Positions 24,242-36,600 of a stretch of DNA of 64,000 nucleotides are shown in pieces. Position 1 is the first letter of the stretch. Each line of letters opens with the position of its first letter. Both the position numbers and the translations under genes were made by a program. Under the pieces are notes generated by a model that had not been told where the DNA came from, made no database searches, and saw only the letters and a program-made list of their open reading frames with translations. Origin of the DNA: Orbicella franksi (lineage: Eukaryota); the NCBI GenBank assembly GCA_964199315.1, contig OZ116707.1, forward strand, positions 8,742,001 to 8,806,000, in the 5' to 3' direction.

Positions 24242-26238
24242 ACTATGACCGCAAAACACAGAATAGTGTCTACATGAAAGAATATAGAAAAAAAGAAAAG
24301 CAGAAAAGGGCATTTCTAAGGAGGAAAGAGAAAAAAATAATCAATACATGAAGAATTACAGAGCACAGAAACAAAACATCCAGTATTGTATTTCAAAGTT
24401 TCATGACATGGTCTCTCAAGGGTCATTGTATATTTGTACTTGTTGCGATCAGCTGTTTTACAAACATAGTGTCATTCATACTAGTAATCTAAAACAAAAG
24501 AATCCTGATATTCATAAATACCTTAGTGGTAAGAAAAGTGTCAACAATATTGAATGGGTTTGTAAAACATGTTTAAACTATTTGAGTAAAAACAAAGTTC
24601 CACCATGTGCTTTAGTAAACGGAATGCAATTTCCACACAAACCACCATTCTTTGATCTAAATGATCTAGAGTGTAGATTAATTGCACCCAGAATTGCTTT
24701 TCAAAACCTTATGCAGGTACCAAGAGGAAAGCAACTTAAAATACATGGTAATATTGTTAATGTACCAGCTGATCTGAGCAGTACTGTTGGTATGTTGCCA
24801 CGGCTACCAGAGGAAACTGCAACAATTAAAGTGAATTTGAAACGGAGGCTACAGTACAAAAGTAGTGCATTATCATTAACTGTTAGACCAAAAGTTATCA
24901 CAGCTGCAATTTGGCTTTTGAACAACAGTGATCTGTATAAAGAGGAAGGTATTGCACTGAATGAAAACTGGTTAAACAACTACAATGAAGCATTGGCTGG
25001 AGACATTGAAAGCAATGATGATGAGAATGAAGTCTTGATTGAAAATAAAAAAAACAATGAAGAATTGTCACAAAATGACGAAGATGAATGAAGTGAAGAT
25101 GAAGCAGAAATTTGTGCAGGTGTGACCGATACTTTGCTGACACCACCAAAGATCACAAAGACTGGTTAGTCAAAGTTCTTTATAGTGACATCTGTAAGTC
25201 AGAACTGAGAAGGTCAGACCGTAGAGCTGCAATGAATGTGGACAACATTTTTTATAAAACAAAAAATTTCAGATGAAAATTCTATTAGGAAAATCACAAG
25301 TTGCTTTAAGAAAATGCCATAGAAATAATAAGTCTTTAACAGCTGGGGATTTAAAGAAAGATGGAGGATTGGAAAAGCTAGTACATCATGACGAGGGATA
25401 CAAATTCCTGAAAGCTTTAAGGGGATCCCCTTCATATTTTGAACAAGCTAAAAGAGATCTATTTGCTATGATAAGACAACTTGGCACAGCTACTTTGTTT
25501 TGTAGTTTCTCATCAGCAGAAACACAGTGGATTCACCTTAGAATTCATGGTCAACTGGTTGATCACAAGCAATATACTAACGATGAACTAGTGAATTTAA
25601 ACTGGGAGGAAAAGTGTACATTGATCCAAAGTGATCCTGTCACATGTGCTAGACATTTTGACTATCGAGTGAATACTTTCCTAAGGCATTTTCTGCTAAG
25701 CAGTGCTGAACCATTAGGAAAAATATCTGACTGGTTTTATAGAGTTGAATACCAACAAAGAGGTTCACCTCACATTCACATGATGATATGGATAGAAAAT
25801 GCACATGTATTTGGTGAAGATAGTGACAGCAAAGTCACCTCATTTATTGATAACATAATTACTTGTAAAGAGCCAGTAGACATGCTGAATTATTGGAGCC
25901 AGTTAAAAGGCAAATTCATAAACATTCCCATACATGCCATAAGAAATCTAAAAATGAAAGTAGGTTCAATTATCCTCAACCACCAATTAGGCAAACAGTT
26001 ACTTTACATCCATTTTCTGTGGATGAAATACCAATGAATGAAGTAAAATCATACAAAGATTCATGGAAAAAAAATACACCAATATTTGAATGACCTTAAA
26101 GAAGGTATGGATATCACTTTTGACAACCTACTTGTGATCTTAGGTATTACTGAAGATGATTATATATTAGCTATAAGATCATCGATTAATACACTAACTA
26201 TATTTCTCAAAAGAAGCCCTAATGAATTAAGGATAATT

Positions 26239-27268
26239 ATTATATGGCTTTGGCTTGTGGCCGATATAATATGCGCTCTGATTGGCTAAGAGCGAGATCT
26301 GAACGGTCATTATGCAGCCGTAATGCCCACGGGCCGATTATGGATTATGCAAATTAGAAAGAGCCCGGCTCTGAAAATTCAAGTGCATTGAAACGATGAA
26401 AGCCGATTTAAAACAGTAAGAGAAAGTAAGTAGCTAAAAGTTTAGAGATGTTTCCTTAATAAAATTTATATAGAAGTCGTTTGTGACTTGCCAGCCAGTA
26501 ACCTTGGCGGGCACTAGTGAAAAACAATCAAAGTTTGCCGAGTTATAAGTAAAGCTAAAATCGCTAAGTGAAAAACACCATCGGCAGATCTGTCATGCAT
26601 CCTGAGCAGAACACAATAAAGAAACTTACAAGATATCATCTTAGTCACAACAACTACAGAAATATTAAACTCCGTCACAGTTCTCATCAAATATATTCCC
26701 TCGCTTTACACAAGCAAGGGTAAATCAGCTTCCAGGATCATCAGATGTAAACAATCAAGCGGTTTCTGTCAGTAGCAGTGTTTCTAATAACTGCAGGAAG
26801 TTTTAGACGTTCACAAGGCCTGAAAAGTTCATCCATAAATCCCAGAATGAAGAAGGCGAAGATATGTTGTCGAAAGCGAAAGCGGAGATCAAGTTATTCT
26901 GAGCAGTGGATTCTGAAGCATTAGTATTTTGTTTCACCGAAAGACCGTCGGTTTGGACTATTTTGAAGCACTTTCTGTCTTTTCCATGTGCGTTGACGTT
27001 TCGCCACAAAAGTCGGAAAAACTCCCCCATCAACTTGTGGCACCACTATACTAAAACACCTTTTTGAGGCTGTGACAATCACTTTTCCCATAAAGAAATG
27101 TGTATTTTTACGGAATTCGTAATACAGTGGTGAAGTTCACTGACTGCGTAGTTTTGCCCTGGGTTTGAGACAATGAATGAATCGGTAAACACGCGCATCG
27201 CCGGATGTAAACTGACGACTTCCGCTCGAATACTTTTTTTCTTTTTGTTAATTCATGGGCCATATAAT
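26239..27268. mobile_element. Non-autonomous TIR element inserted in the Helentron Rep domain
   Basis: 10-bp TIR ATTATATGGC / GCCATATAAT; together with the adjacent MITE it interrupts the ELRI/NNYN coding sequence. Confidence 0.6.
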
Positions 27269-27269
27269 G

Positions 27270-27418
27270 AACAACTTAATAACCTCGACCGTTCGGTTGT
27301 TACGGGAAAATCTCAAACCTCGGCCTACTGTATTGACCGAGCGATAGCAAGGTCAATACGGGAAGGCCTTAGTTTGAGATTTTCCCGTAACGACCTCACT
27401 CTCGGTTATTAAGTAGTT
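27270..27418. mobile_element. Palindromic MITE
   Basis: TIR AACAACTTAATAACC / GGTTATTAAGTAGTT (14 of 15) plus an internal inverted pair CGGGAAAATCTCAAAC / GTTTGAGATTTTCCCG. Confidence 0.7.
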
Positions 27419-30400
27419 AATAATTACAATGTCCCATGTCTTAGTGCATGGAGAGCCAATATGGATATTCAATTTATATTAGATGTGTATGCATGTGCTG
27501 TATACATAACAAATTATATTTCAAAGGCTCAGAAGGGTATGAGTGAACTGTTACAACAGGCTTGTACCAAAGCGAGAAAGGCCAATTCCACCATTAATCA
27601 GCAAGTGAGAGATATCGGAAGCAAGTTTTTAAATAATGTTGAAATAAGTGTTTTACAGCTTCCAATGCGTAAAGCATCTCGACAGGTTGTATTTATAAAT
27701 ACCTCAACTCCCACTGATAGAATTAACGTTTTAAAGCCACTAAGCGATATTAAGGAAATGGATGATGATTGTGAAGATAGTTATACAGGTAATTTGATTA
27801 AAAGATACACAAAGTGCCCAGTTAGTCTTGAACACCTTACACTTGCAGACTGGGCTGCCTGGTATGATACTGATACAAAACCATACAATAAGCAGTCCAA
27901 AGAACTTGACACTGATAGCCTTCTTTTAGAGACTGCTACTAATGAACTTAACGATGATGATTATAATGATGATGACGATGATGATGATGCCCACTCTAAA
28001 CAAAAATCTTCAAAGAAAATCAAAAGGAGGAAAAAAGCTAGAATAATAAGAAGTGTGTGGTTCAACAAAGAAACTGAACCAGAGAAACACTATCATGAAC
28101 TGATCATGCTTTTTACTTCATGGAGAAATGAAGACACTGATTTGCTTGGTAATTGTTCATCTTATCAAGATTATTTTTCTCTTATGGCTCATAAAATAAA
28201 TGAAAAGATAAAAGAATATTCTGTATGCAATGTAGACTTCAATGAAATACAAGAACATGCAAATAATATGGAAGACATGGACAATCAATATGACATGTTA
28301 GCACCAAGTACTCAAAATGTTGAATGCCAAGATGAAGCAGAAGGTAATCAAGATTTACAACCTGACTTAAATGAGAACTACAATCTTTCTGATGACATTG
28401 GCATTCCATCAGTTGATCTAAATCATGAACCACTACTACTATATGAAATGCAGGATGACGACTACAGACACATGATTCAAACTTTGAACAAAGAGCAAAA
28501 GGAATTTTTTTTACCATGTATTACATCTGATTAAAACATCAGACGAGCCATTTCATTGTTTTCTTAGTGGAGGAGCAGGAGTTGGGAAATCAGTTGTAAC
28601 AAAGGCCTTGTATCAGGCAGCCTTAAAATATTATAATCAGAGAGCAGGCATTGACTTTAGACAAGTAAAGGTGTTGTTACTAGCACCTACTGGTAAAGCT
28701 GCTAATAATATCAAAGGCAATACCATACATACTGCTCTTGGAATATTTGCATTTCACCCTGAAAACGTACAAATGCCCTGACTCAAGTAGACTCAATACC
28801 CTGAGATGTCAACTAGGTGATCTCAAATTGATATTTATAGATGAAATATCCATGGTTGGCAACAGTATGTTTAATATTCAAATCAATAATAGACTTAAAG
28901 ATATTAAAGGCAGTCATTTACCCTTCGGAGGTGTGAGTATTGTTGCTATAGGTGACCTATTTCAACTTCAACCAGTAATGGATGGTTACACATTTAAACA
29001 CCTAGACAATTCAGAGTATAGTATTCTTGCACCTAACCTTTGGCAAGAACATTTTAGAATGTTTGAACTACATGAAATTATGAGGCAAAGAGAAAGTAAA
29101 ATGTTTGCTCAAATGCTTAACAGATTGACAGAAGGTAAACATACCTGTCAATATATTATGAAGTTTAAAGAGAGGTTAATAGATTCCAACAGCAACAAAT
29201 ATCTTGATGTACCTCACTTATTCATACAGAATGCTAAAGTAAACAATTTCAACGACAGAGCTCACAATGCTATGTCTGGTCCTAAGTACTCAATCAAAGC
29301 ACATCACACTGTCATTGGAGCTCAATCTCAGACACTCAGGGAAAAATACTAAAACAAATTCCACTTGATCAACCAAATGAAACAAGTCAATTGCATACAG
29401 TGTTGAACCTAGCAGTAGGTGAAAGGACAGATATCTCTCTTAATATGAGAATTGATGATGGCTTGACAAATGGTGCTGCTAATATAGTCAAACTTATTCA
29501 ACTACAACAAACTGGCAAACCTTCAGGTATTATATGGGTACAATTTGATTGTGTTAATATTGGTGAGAAAACAAGACATGATAATAGACATCTCTATGTG
29601 CAAGGCATTGAACCTTCATGGACACCCATCAAACAAGTTACATCACAGTTCGCAGTAGGTAAAAATAGAACAGTATAGGTCATAAGAAAACAATTCCCAC
29701 TGCGTCCTGCTGCTGCAAAAACCATTCACAGGTCCCAAGGTGATACGGTTCCTAAAATAGTTGTCAACTATGATACTAAAAAAACAATACCTCATATTCA
29801 CTATGTAGGTTTAAGCAAAGTAACAACAATGGAAGGCTTATACATAATAAACCGTTGTGAAGAGAAAATACCTGTAAATACCGATGTGCAGAAAGAAATG
29901 CTAAGGTTAAAAACTGAAGCTAAATTGCATTTGTGTATAAATTCCATTTACAATGCAAGCGAAGTGCCATTGAAACTTTGTTATTTAAACGCAAGGTCTT
30001 TACATAGACGCATTGAAGATGTGTGCACTGACTGGAACTACTCGAGTACTGATGTAAATATTTTTTCAGAGACCAGATTCAGCCATTCTGATGACAATAG
30101 TTTATATGTTATTGATAACTACACTTTATTTAGAAATGATAGTAGAATAACAAGTAATAATCTCCGACCATATGGAGGTACAGCAGTTTATAGTCGTATT
30201 GATTACTATCCTGGTTATCCATACTCCTGTAATTCTCATGGAATTGAAATAACTGCTATCAGACTAATGACTGCTCCACATGCATATATTTGGCATATAT
30301 CGCTCACCTAGTGTACCTATAGTGCAAATGTGTTCTGCTCTTTCAAATGTCCTTTCTTTACAGGCCTTGCTACTCAATGTTTTTATTGGCGACTTCAATA

Positions 30401-30997
30401 TTGACTGGCTAAAAACCACAGAAAGAACATCACTTTATAACTTATTTGTTAGAGATCATGGATATAAACAGCTTGTGTCATGTTACACCACTGATAACAA
30501 GACTTGTATAGATCATGTTTATAGCAACATACCAATATCAAATATTAAAGTACAAATACTTGAAACATATTTTACAGATCACAAATCCGTTTGTGCACTT
30601 GTTGATTGCTTTAGTGATTTAGCTTAAATATCAAAGTCTTTTCCAAAACAATAGGGAAAGAGATTTGATAAATGGAAGGCAGGGTTTCAAACGTCTATGA
30701 TTCATCGTTAACTTGAAAGTTCAAAGGCATTTAAATTAAACAACAATTTTCACAAGCAAAATGAAGTTGAACTGGTGGCCAAAACTCTTTAAGTGTGTTT
30801 AAGTGTTAAGTTAACAAAACAGGCTTTCGTTCGCTTAACCGCATGTCACATGGTCATTTACATTACATGATCATTTAAATTGCACATATACAAGTACTAA
30901 AGAAACCACATTACAAAGTAGTTCATTTGAGTACAAATATAGAAATTATCTCAGTCAATATTGTTACTTTTATTTCACAGTTACTGACATTCCAAAC

Positions 30998-33500
30998 ATG
31001 GACTCAAACTCAAGGTAAGTTGTTGTAATAAGACCCTTTAAATACATTAACCAATTGCCATTATAGGTAAGTGAATGCAATTGCATGTACATTAACTTAA
31101 TGGAAATCTAATAATCTATTTTCTTTTCTTTCAGTAAAAGTACATCAACAACAAAGATCAATACCAAAAGTAAAGAGTGAGGTAAAAAAAAGCTTGTATA
31201 TACTATACAACCCCTGTTAGAAACAAGCCTTGGAGAAATGACAACTAGCCACCTAATAGGTATTTTGGCTACTCATTAGCAGTTCATCTCGAAATCTCAT
31301 AAAGACTGCACCAAACTTGTGTTTGAATGATTTTATCAATTGTCACTTTCGACTCTACCTCTTCTCTATATATCCAAGCTCATTGCTCTTATATTACACT
31401 CTTGCTCAGGGCTGTAACTACCAAGAGACATGGAAGGCACTTGCCTCATCTAGATTTTAACCCAAAATTAAAAACAAAATACAGTTAGATGGCAAAATAA
31501 TCCCCAGTTGAACGAGATTGCATTTTCAAATGAAATTCCTTTAAAAAATACTGAAAATAGAATTTGAGAGATGCTAGATTTCAAAGATTTCTGGGGGGCA
31601 TGTCCACAGACCCCCCTAGCAGCTCATGCCTTTAGCAATCACAGAACTTGCCACATCTGTGTCAAAAGTCTGGTTGCGACCCTGATATGCTGGTTACTCA
31701 ATGGGAGTAAAAACAGTAGAACATTCAAATGGTGGCAGTGGCTGCTTTATAGCAGTTTTATTTAGTTATTATTAAAATCCTGACAATACTTTTGGCTGCT
31801 TAATAGGAAGTGGCTGCCTAATGGGTCAGCATTTAATAGGCATTCTTCGATTCTACTAAATTGACTGACCATAAATACAAAATTACTAAAAATAAATTGT
31901 TCTTCTAAATTTTTTCCTAGACGAATCCATTGAAGGATATGTGCACTTATTAACAGAAGTACAAACTGCAAGGAATTCCACAACCAACTACTTCAACTGT
32001 CGCATTCAAACAGGACAGGACAAAGCAGTCTGTAGTGTCTGTTATTCACCTCAAAAGCGCATGAATTTAAAACAAGCGTTCCTTAATAAATCACCAGTAA
32101 AATAATAATAATAATCACTTTATTTAAGTGTCGATGTGTTTAGCACTAATGTGCTAATTGGGGACACTGTAAAAAAATAAACAAATATTTCAAATATAAC
32201 ATAAACTATTAAGAATCCCAACTGGTGGGAGGCTGACCAGTTGGCTATTTACACAACATGGTCGAGGAGTTGAACTCGAGGCTACCGAGAACAAGTCCAG
32301 ATAGTGGTAGGATGGAGGATTTGAACCAGGGACCTCCAGATTTCAAATCCAGCGCCCTAAACCACTCGGCCACGCCACCTCCCTAAAAATCACAGGAGTG
32401 AAGCAAACAGCATCAAAAAGATTTCACAAACAAGAAGAAGAATTCACAATTGCAAAACATGCAAAGGTAACTCCAACTTCACTGCCCTATACCTCTAGTG
32501 AACACTTCAGCAACCAGTTATGCACCATTACCAAAGCACTGGAAAAAGATGTATATGAAACATTACACGTCAAAGCAAAAGTCCTAAAAAAAAACAGGAA
32601 AAGAAGCAAGTTGATGTAAAAGACGGCGAAAAAGCAAAATACAAAACTGACTGTCTAATAGCAGATGAAACTAACTCAGTTAAACTAGTCCTCTGGGAAG
32701 GCATAATTGACAAAATTCAAACAGGGAAACATCTTTTCAAGAATTTGAAAGTTGGTATCTTTGATGACATAAAGTACTTAAATACAAATGAACTCACTGA
32801 CCCTCAAGAAATTGAAGATTTACACAATATCAATCTGACCACACCAGAAATACAAGACAACACAATTGAAGGCCGCTGCATTGGTGTGCACATCAAACAT
32901 ATGGCCTCTTGCATAGTATGCAACATGACCATCAGTGAAGCACAACTTGAAGAGGAAACTGTAACTTGTAACAATTGCAACATAACTACTCTTTCAAACA
33001 CATGTAATACAAAATTAGTTGCTCAAATTGTCATTCAATCCATGAAGGACAAAAAGATCCTGAAGTTTACTTGCTTTAACAATGCCATTATCAGCTCCCT
33101 CAAAACAACAGACTGTCAGATGTCGTTATCTGATATCCCACTATCATGTTGCAAGCAGGGGATAGAAAATTATAGCAGACAAAACAACTCAAGTAATTTC
33201 ACAGTTCCTCCCCTTACAGTAAGGAAAACTCTAACAACTGCAACATAACTTCTCTTTTAAGTACTTGAAAAAGAAAATATTATTTGTACAAATTGTTATT
33301 AATCAATGCAGGATAAAAACATTCCCAAGTTTACCTCCCTTAATAATACTATAAGCAGCTTACTCAAAACAACTGAGTGTCAGTTGTTATCTGAAATGCC
33401 ATAAGAACACTTGAAGAAAGTTACATTGCAGACAGGGGATGAAAACATACAATGTAGCAGACAAAACAACCCAAGTGATTTCGAGGAAACTCTCCTTATA
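30998..33500 (+). pseudogene. Intron-containing RPA1-like OB-fold ssDNA-binding gene of the Helentron
   Basis: Small exons at 30998 and ~31135, then ESIEGYVHLLTEVQT...NYFNCRIQT, DCLIADETNSVKLVLWEGII, and a Zn ribbon SCIVCN...TCNNCN; frameshifts and a duplicated C-terminal segment. Confidence 0.7.
32103..32383 (-). mobile_element. tRNA-derived SINE inserted in the RPA-like exon
   Basis: Reverse tRNA head (GGTGGCGTGGCCGAGTGG...GGTTCAAATCC), (ATT)n tail and TAAAA duplication; removal restores SPVKITGVKQ. Confidence 0.85.
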
Positions 33501-33689
33501 GTGATATTAAGATTTATTCCCTAGAAAACAAAAGCACTGTAACATTTAGTTCCTTTAATAATACTATAAACAGCTTCATCAATTAAGAAACTTTGACAAA
33601 ATATATTGGAGGGTAGGGATAAGCATTTATGGCAAACAAAACCACACAAATGGGTTTATAGTACTACCCTCCATTAATATTGTAGAAGC

Positions 33690-36600
33690 AATAGCAAATT
33701 TTAATCCGGCGGGACGCTTCATGGTCTGCTCCGAACACTTCGACGAAACCTGCTTTGGCAGAACAATTCATTTCGAGCGATCAAGAAGATATCTTCTGCC
33801 GCATTCTGTGCCAACCATTTGGAAGGTTGTCGAACAACCTCTTTCACAGCGGAGTCGTCGTAAGGTAAACCATGTGTGTTTTGTTTGTTACCCTACCTCC
33901 TAGTAAACAGGCCCTATGAAATGTACCCTTTCAAGGAAAAAAATTGGAGTATGCAACAGTTCTAGAGTCGGACGTTCTGGGTCACTATTTCTCCTATACA
34001 CTCTTATTTAGTTTATTTGCCCTTTCCGGCGAACAAGACATATAGGTACCAGAAAATGTACAGGGCATCTTAGATGTCTTCAGTATCCGGTATCTACAAA
34101 CTCTAAAAATTATGCGACATCTCAGATCTCACATTCCTATCCATGATGGCATGTTTCTTTCACACATAACTAGCTATAACTTGAATACTTTTGTTTCTAT
34201 AGATCATCATGGAATTGGTTTCCGAGCCTGCTACTGCGCCTCCAGTCCCAGCAACAAGGAGCAGCACCTGCACAAATGTTTTGCCTGTAAGGACACAATA
34301 AAGGTCCCCATTTGGCTATCTTTTGCACTGCCTTTTTCCAGTAACAGCGATTGTTTGATAAAAATATAATATCTGTATTTCTTGCCAGGAGGAATTTGAC
34401 CAATGTCCACATGTTTTGATGTCGCCTGTAGCATCCGGATCCGGAGACACTTCTGTAAGTTATCTTACTAACGCATAAAGCTTTACAATTGCTAGCACAA
34501 CTCTTATTTATTTCATTTCTCACAGAACGATCCTTGTCCAGCTCCTGGTTCTCCGGCCCTCACTTGTGGATCAGACACATACATGGACATTCTGTCAAGT
34601 ACTCCCATCAGTTATGAGGTATTAATTTGTAGAGATCTCTGTTCCATAACTAGGAATAATAAGATAGGGTGGTTAGTTCAGCCAAGTGATACATGCAAGG
34701 CATAGAACTTCCTAGAACTTAAAATGCATAGAAAGTAAAAATTGACTGGTTTCTACTACAAACAACAACAAATTAATCCAGCGATGTCCAGCCGGCAGCC
34801 TTAATCAGCTTTGATATAGCTACCATGCATGACTATTTCTCTTGCTTTTAGAAAGGTTAAGCTCACTTACCTTCGTAATTTTTTCTCTATTTTTGTTTTA
34901 TAGTTCTACTACGTATGACTATTATTATATGCCAACATAATTAAAAAACATGAATGACTGTTTTGCATTTTCAGACAGGCCAGAGTCATAGTGATGTTCA
35001 GCTGCCTGTAGTATCCCCCATTACCTCTCACAGTTCACTGGACTGCACTTCATCAGAGGTGCTCACAGAACAATCCACTACACAAAGCCGGGTATCTTCC
35101 AAGGGCAAAAAACCCCACAGAAAGAAAGAATCATGTGTCAACTGCCTTGTTTTGCTGAGTGAAAAGAAAAAACTTCAAAGGAAAGTAAAAATTGGACAGT
35201 CTCGACTAAAATCAGTTAATCAGAAAATGGAAGAAAACCAAAGAAACTGGGCCAAAACATTTCAAGAAATGAGCCAAAGGCCACAGTTAGTATCTTCAGG
35301 TGAGCCTTATATTATCACAGAACATCACAAGGCCAATCAATACATTGTAAACACAACAACAGACTACATGCAGATATAAAGTAAACACAATATGCTTCAA
35401 GCCTTTAACTGGTTATGGTGCAGTTATCTATTTTATGAGTTAATGTGTTCAAGTTTTGGCTAGCAACATTTATTTACTTATTTATTTTTATTATGGAATA
35501 CTATGCGGCTCACAGCAATGTCCCTACCTTCCCTAATTGCAAGGGTGTTCTAGCAGTTGAACTCATACAATTTCCAGTTTACCCTATACTTTTTCTTACA
35601 AAGTTTGGTTAGAAGATGAGTCCCCTTCCTCACATAATGTCCTGGAACTGTCATAGGCATGGGTATGGATATCTTCTAGGACAGGTCTAAAAACTGTAAT
35701 GTTATTCCTAGGAACTCAAACTAGTGAAGATGATTTGTTTGGCACTAACACACCTGAAGCACCAACAGAGGATGTGATATATAATAATGATGATGCTGAT
35801 GAAGATGCGGCAGTTGAGGAGGGAGAGCAAGCAATGGATGTTGATGAAGAGGACCCATTGTGGTCACCTGACATTGAATTAGATGCCACTTACATGAAAA
35901 CTGGAGACGATGATGACAGTGAAAAGGGTGAAAAACCAAGGTAAGAATTATGCTACTGTAACAGCTACTTTTCAAGTAATACTGTTAAAAGCACTTATTG
36001 CAGTTGGTTTTTCCTGTTTAAGACTGATTACCGCCCACCCTGCTTTCTTTTATTTTTCTTTTAGGTTGACTTGTGAGGGAAAGAATGTACAACAGGAACC
36101 AAAAGGAATTGTCTTCTTATCAAAGTTACTGCTCCTATTCCAATACTGCCACCTGTGCTTTGCCACAAGTCCTCATATCAGTGTGTCACAGACAGGGACA
36201 ATGATAACGATTAAGACAACTTGCAGCATGTGCCAGGGAAGTTACGTTTGGCAGAGTCAGCCGTATCTCCTTGGAAGGTTTCCTGCTGGAAACCTTTTGT
36301 TGAGCTTCGCAATCCTTTGTGCGGGTGCTTCTGTTTACAAAGTGTTGTTGGTGTTCAAGTACATGGGGATGCTTGGTATATTCCCAACCCACTTATTATT
36401 ACCATCAGAGGCATCTCCTAATACCATCAATAATGAAGTTTTGGCGCAACTACCAGGCTCGGATTCTGGAAAAACTGAATGGTAAAGAAGTTGTGCTTGC
36501 AGGGGATGGCCACCATGACAGTATGGGCCACTCAGCAAAATATGGAACCTACACCATATTTTGTTGCACTGTGGGCCTCATCATCCATATTGTACTGATC

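Larger units (their letters stand above)
24348..30627 (+). pseudogene. Helentron Rep-helicase-endonuclease polyprotein, frameshifted
   Basis: Rep: KALRGSPSYF, VEYQQRGSPHIHMMIW (HUH), YITNYISK. Helicase: GGAGVGKS, APTGKAA, IFIDEISMV, GDLFQLQPV, EIMRQ, TIHRSQG. Endonuclease: YLNARSL, SETRF, GIYRSP, IGDFN, IDHVY, TDHKSV. Confidence 0.92.
22973..33690 (+). mobile_element. Helentron / Helitron2-type rolling-circle element (boundaries approximate)
   Basis: Ordered modules OTU, Rep, PIF1 helicase, EEP endonuclease, then an RPA-like gene; candidate 3' subterminal inverted pair TGGAGGGTAG / CTACCCTCCA at ~33607-33674. Confidence 0.88.

Noticed and set aside
26600-27033. Crypton/tyrosine-recombinase remnant inside the TIR element
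   Set aside because: No YR catalytic or DUF3504-like motif could be read in any frame.
34112-34523. Overlapping Cys-containing ORFs on both strands
   Set aside because: They lie in the low-conservation 5' part of the Kolobok transposase gene, with no recognisable motif or clear splice support.
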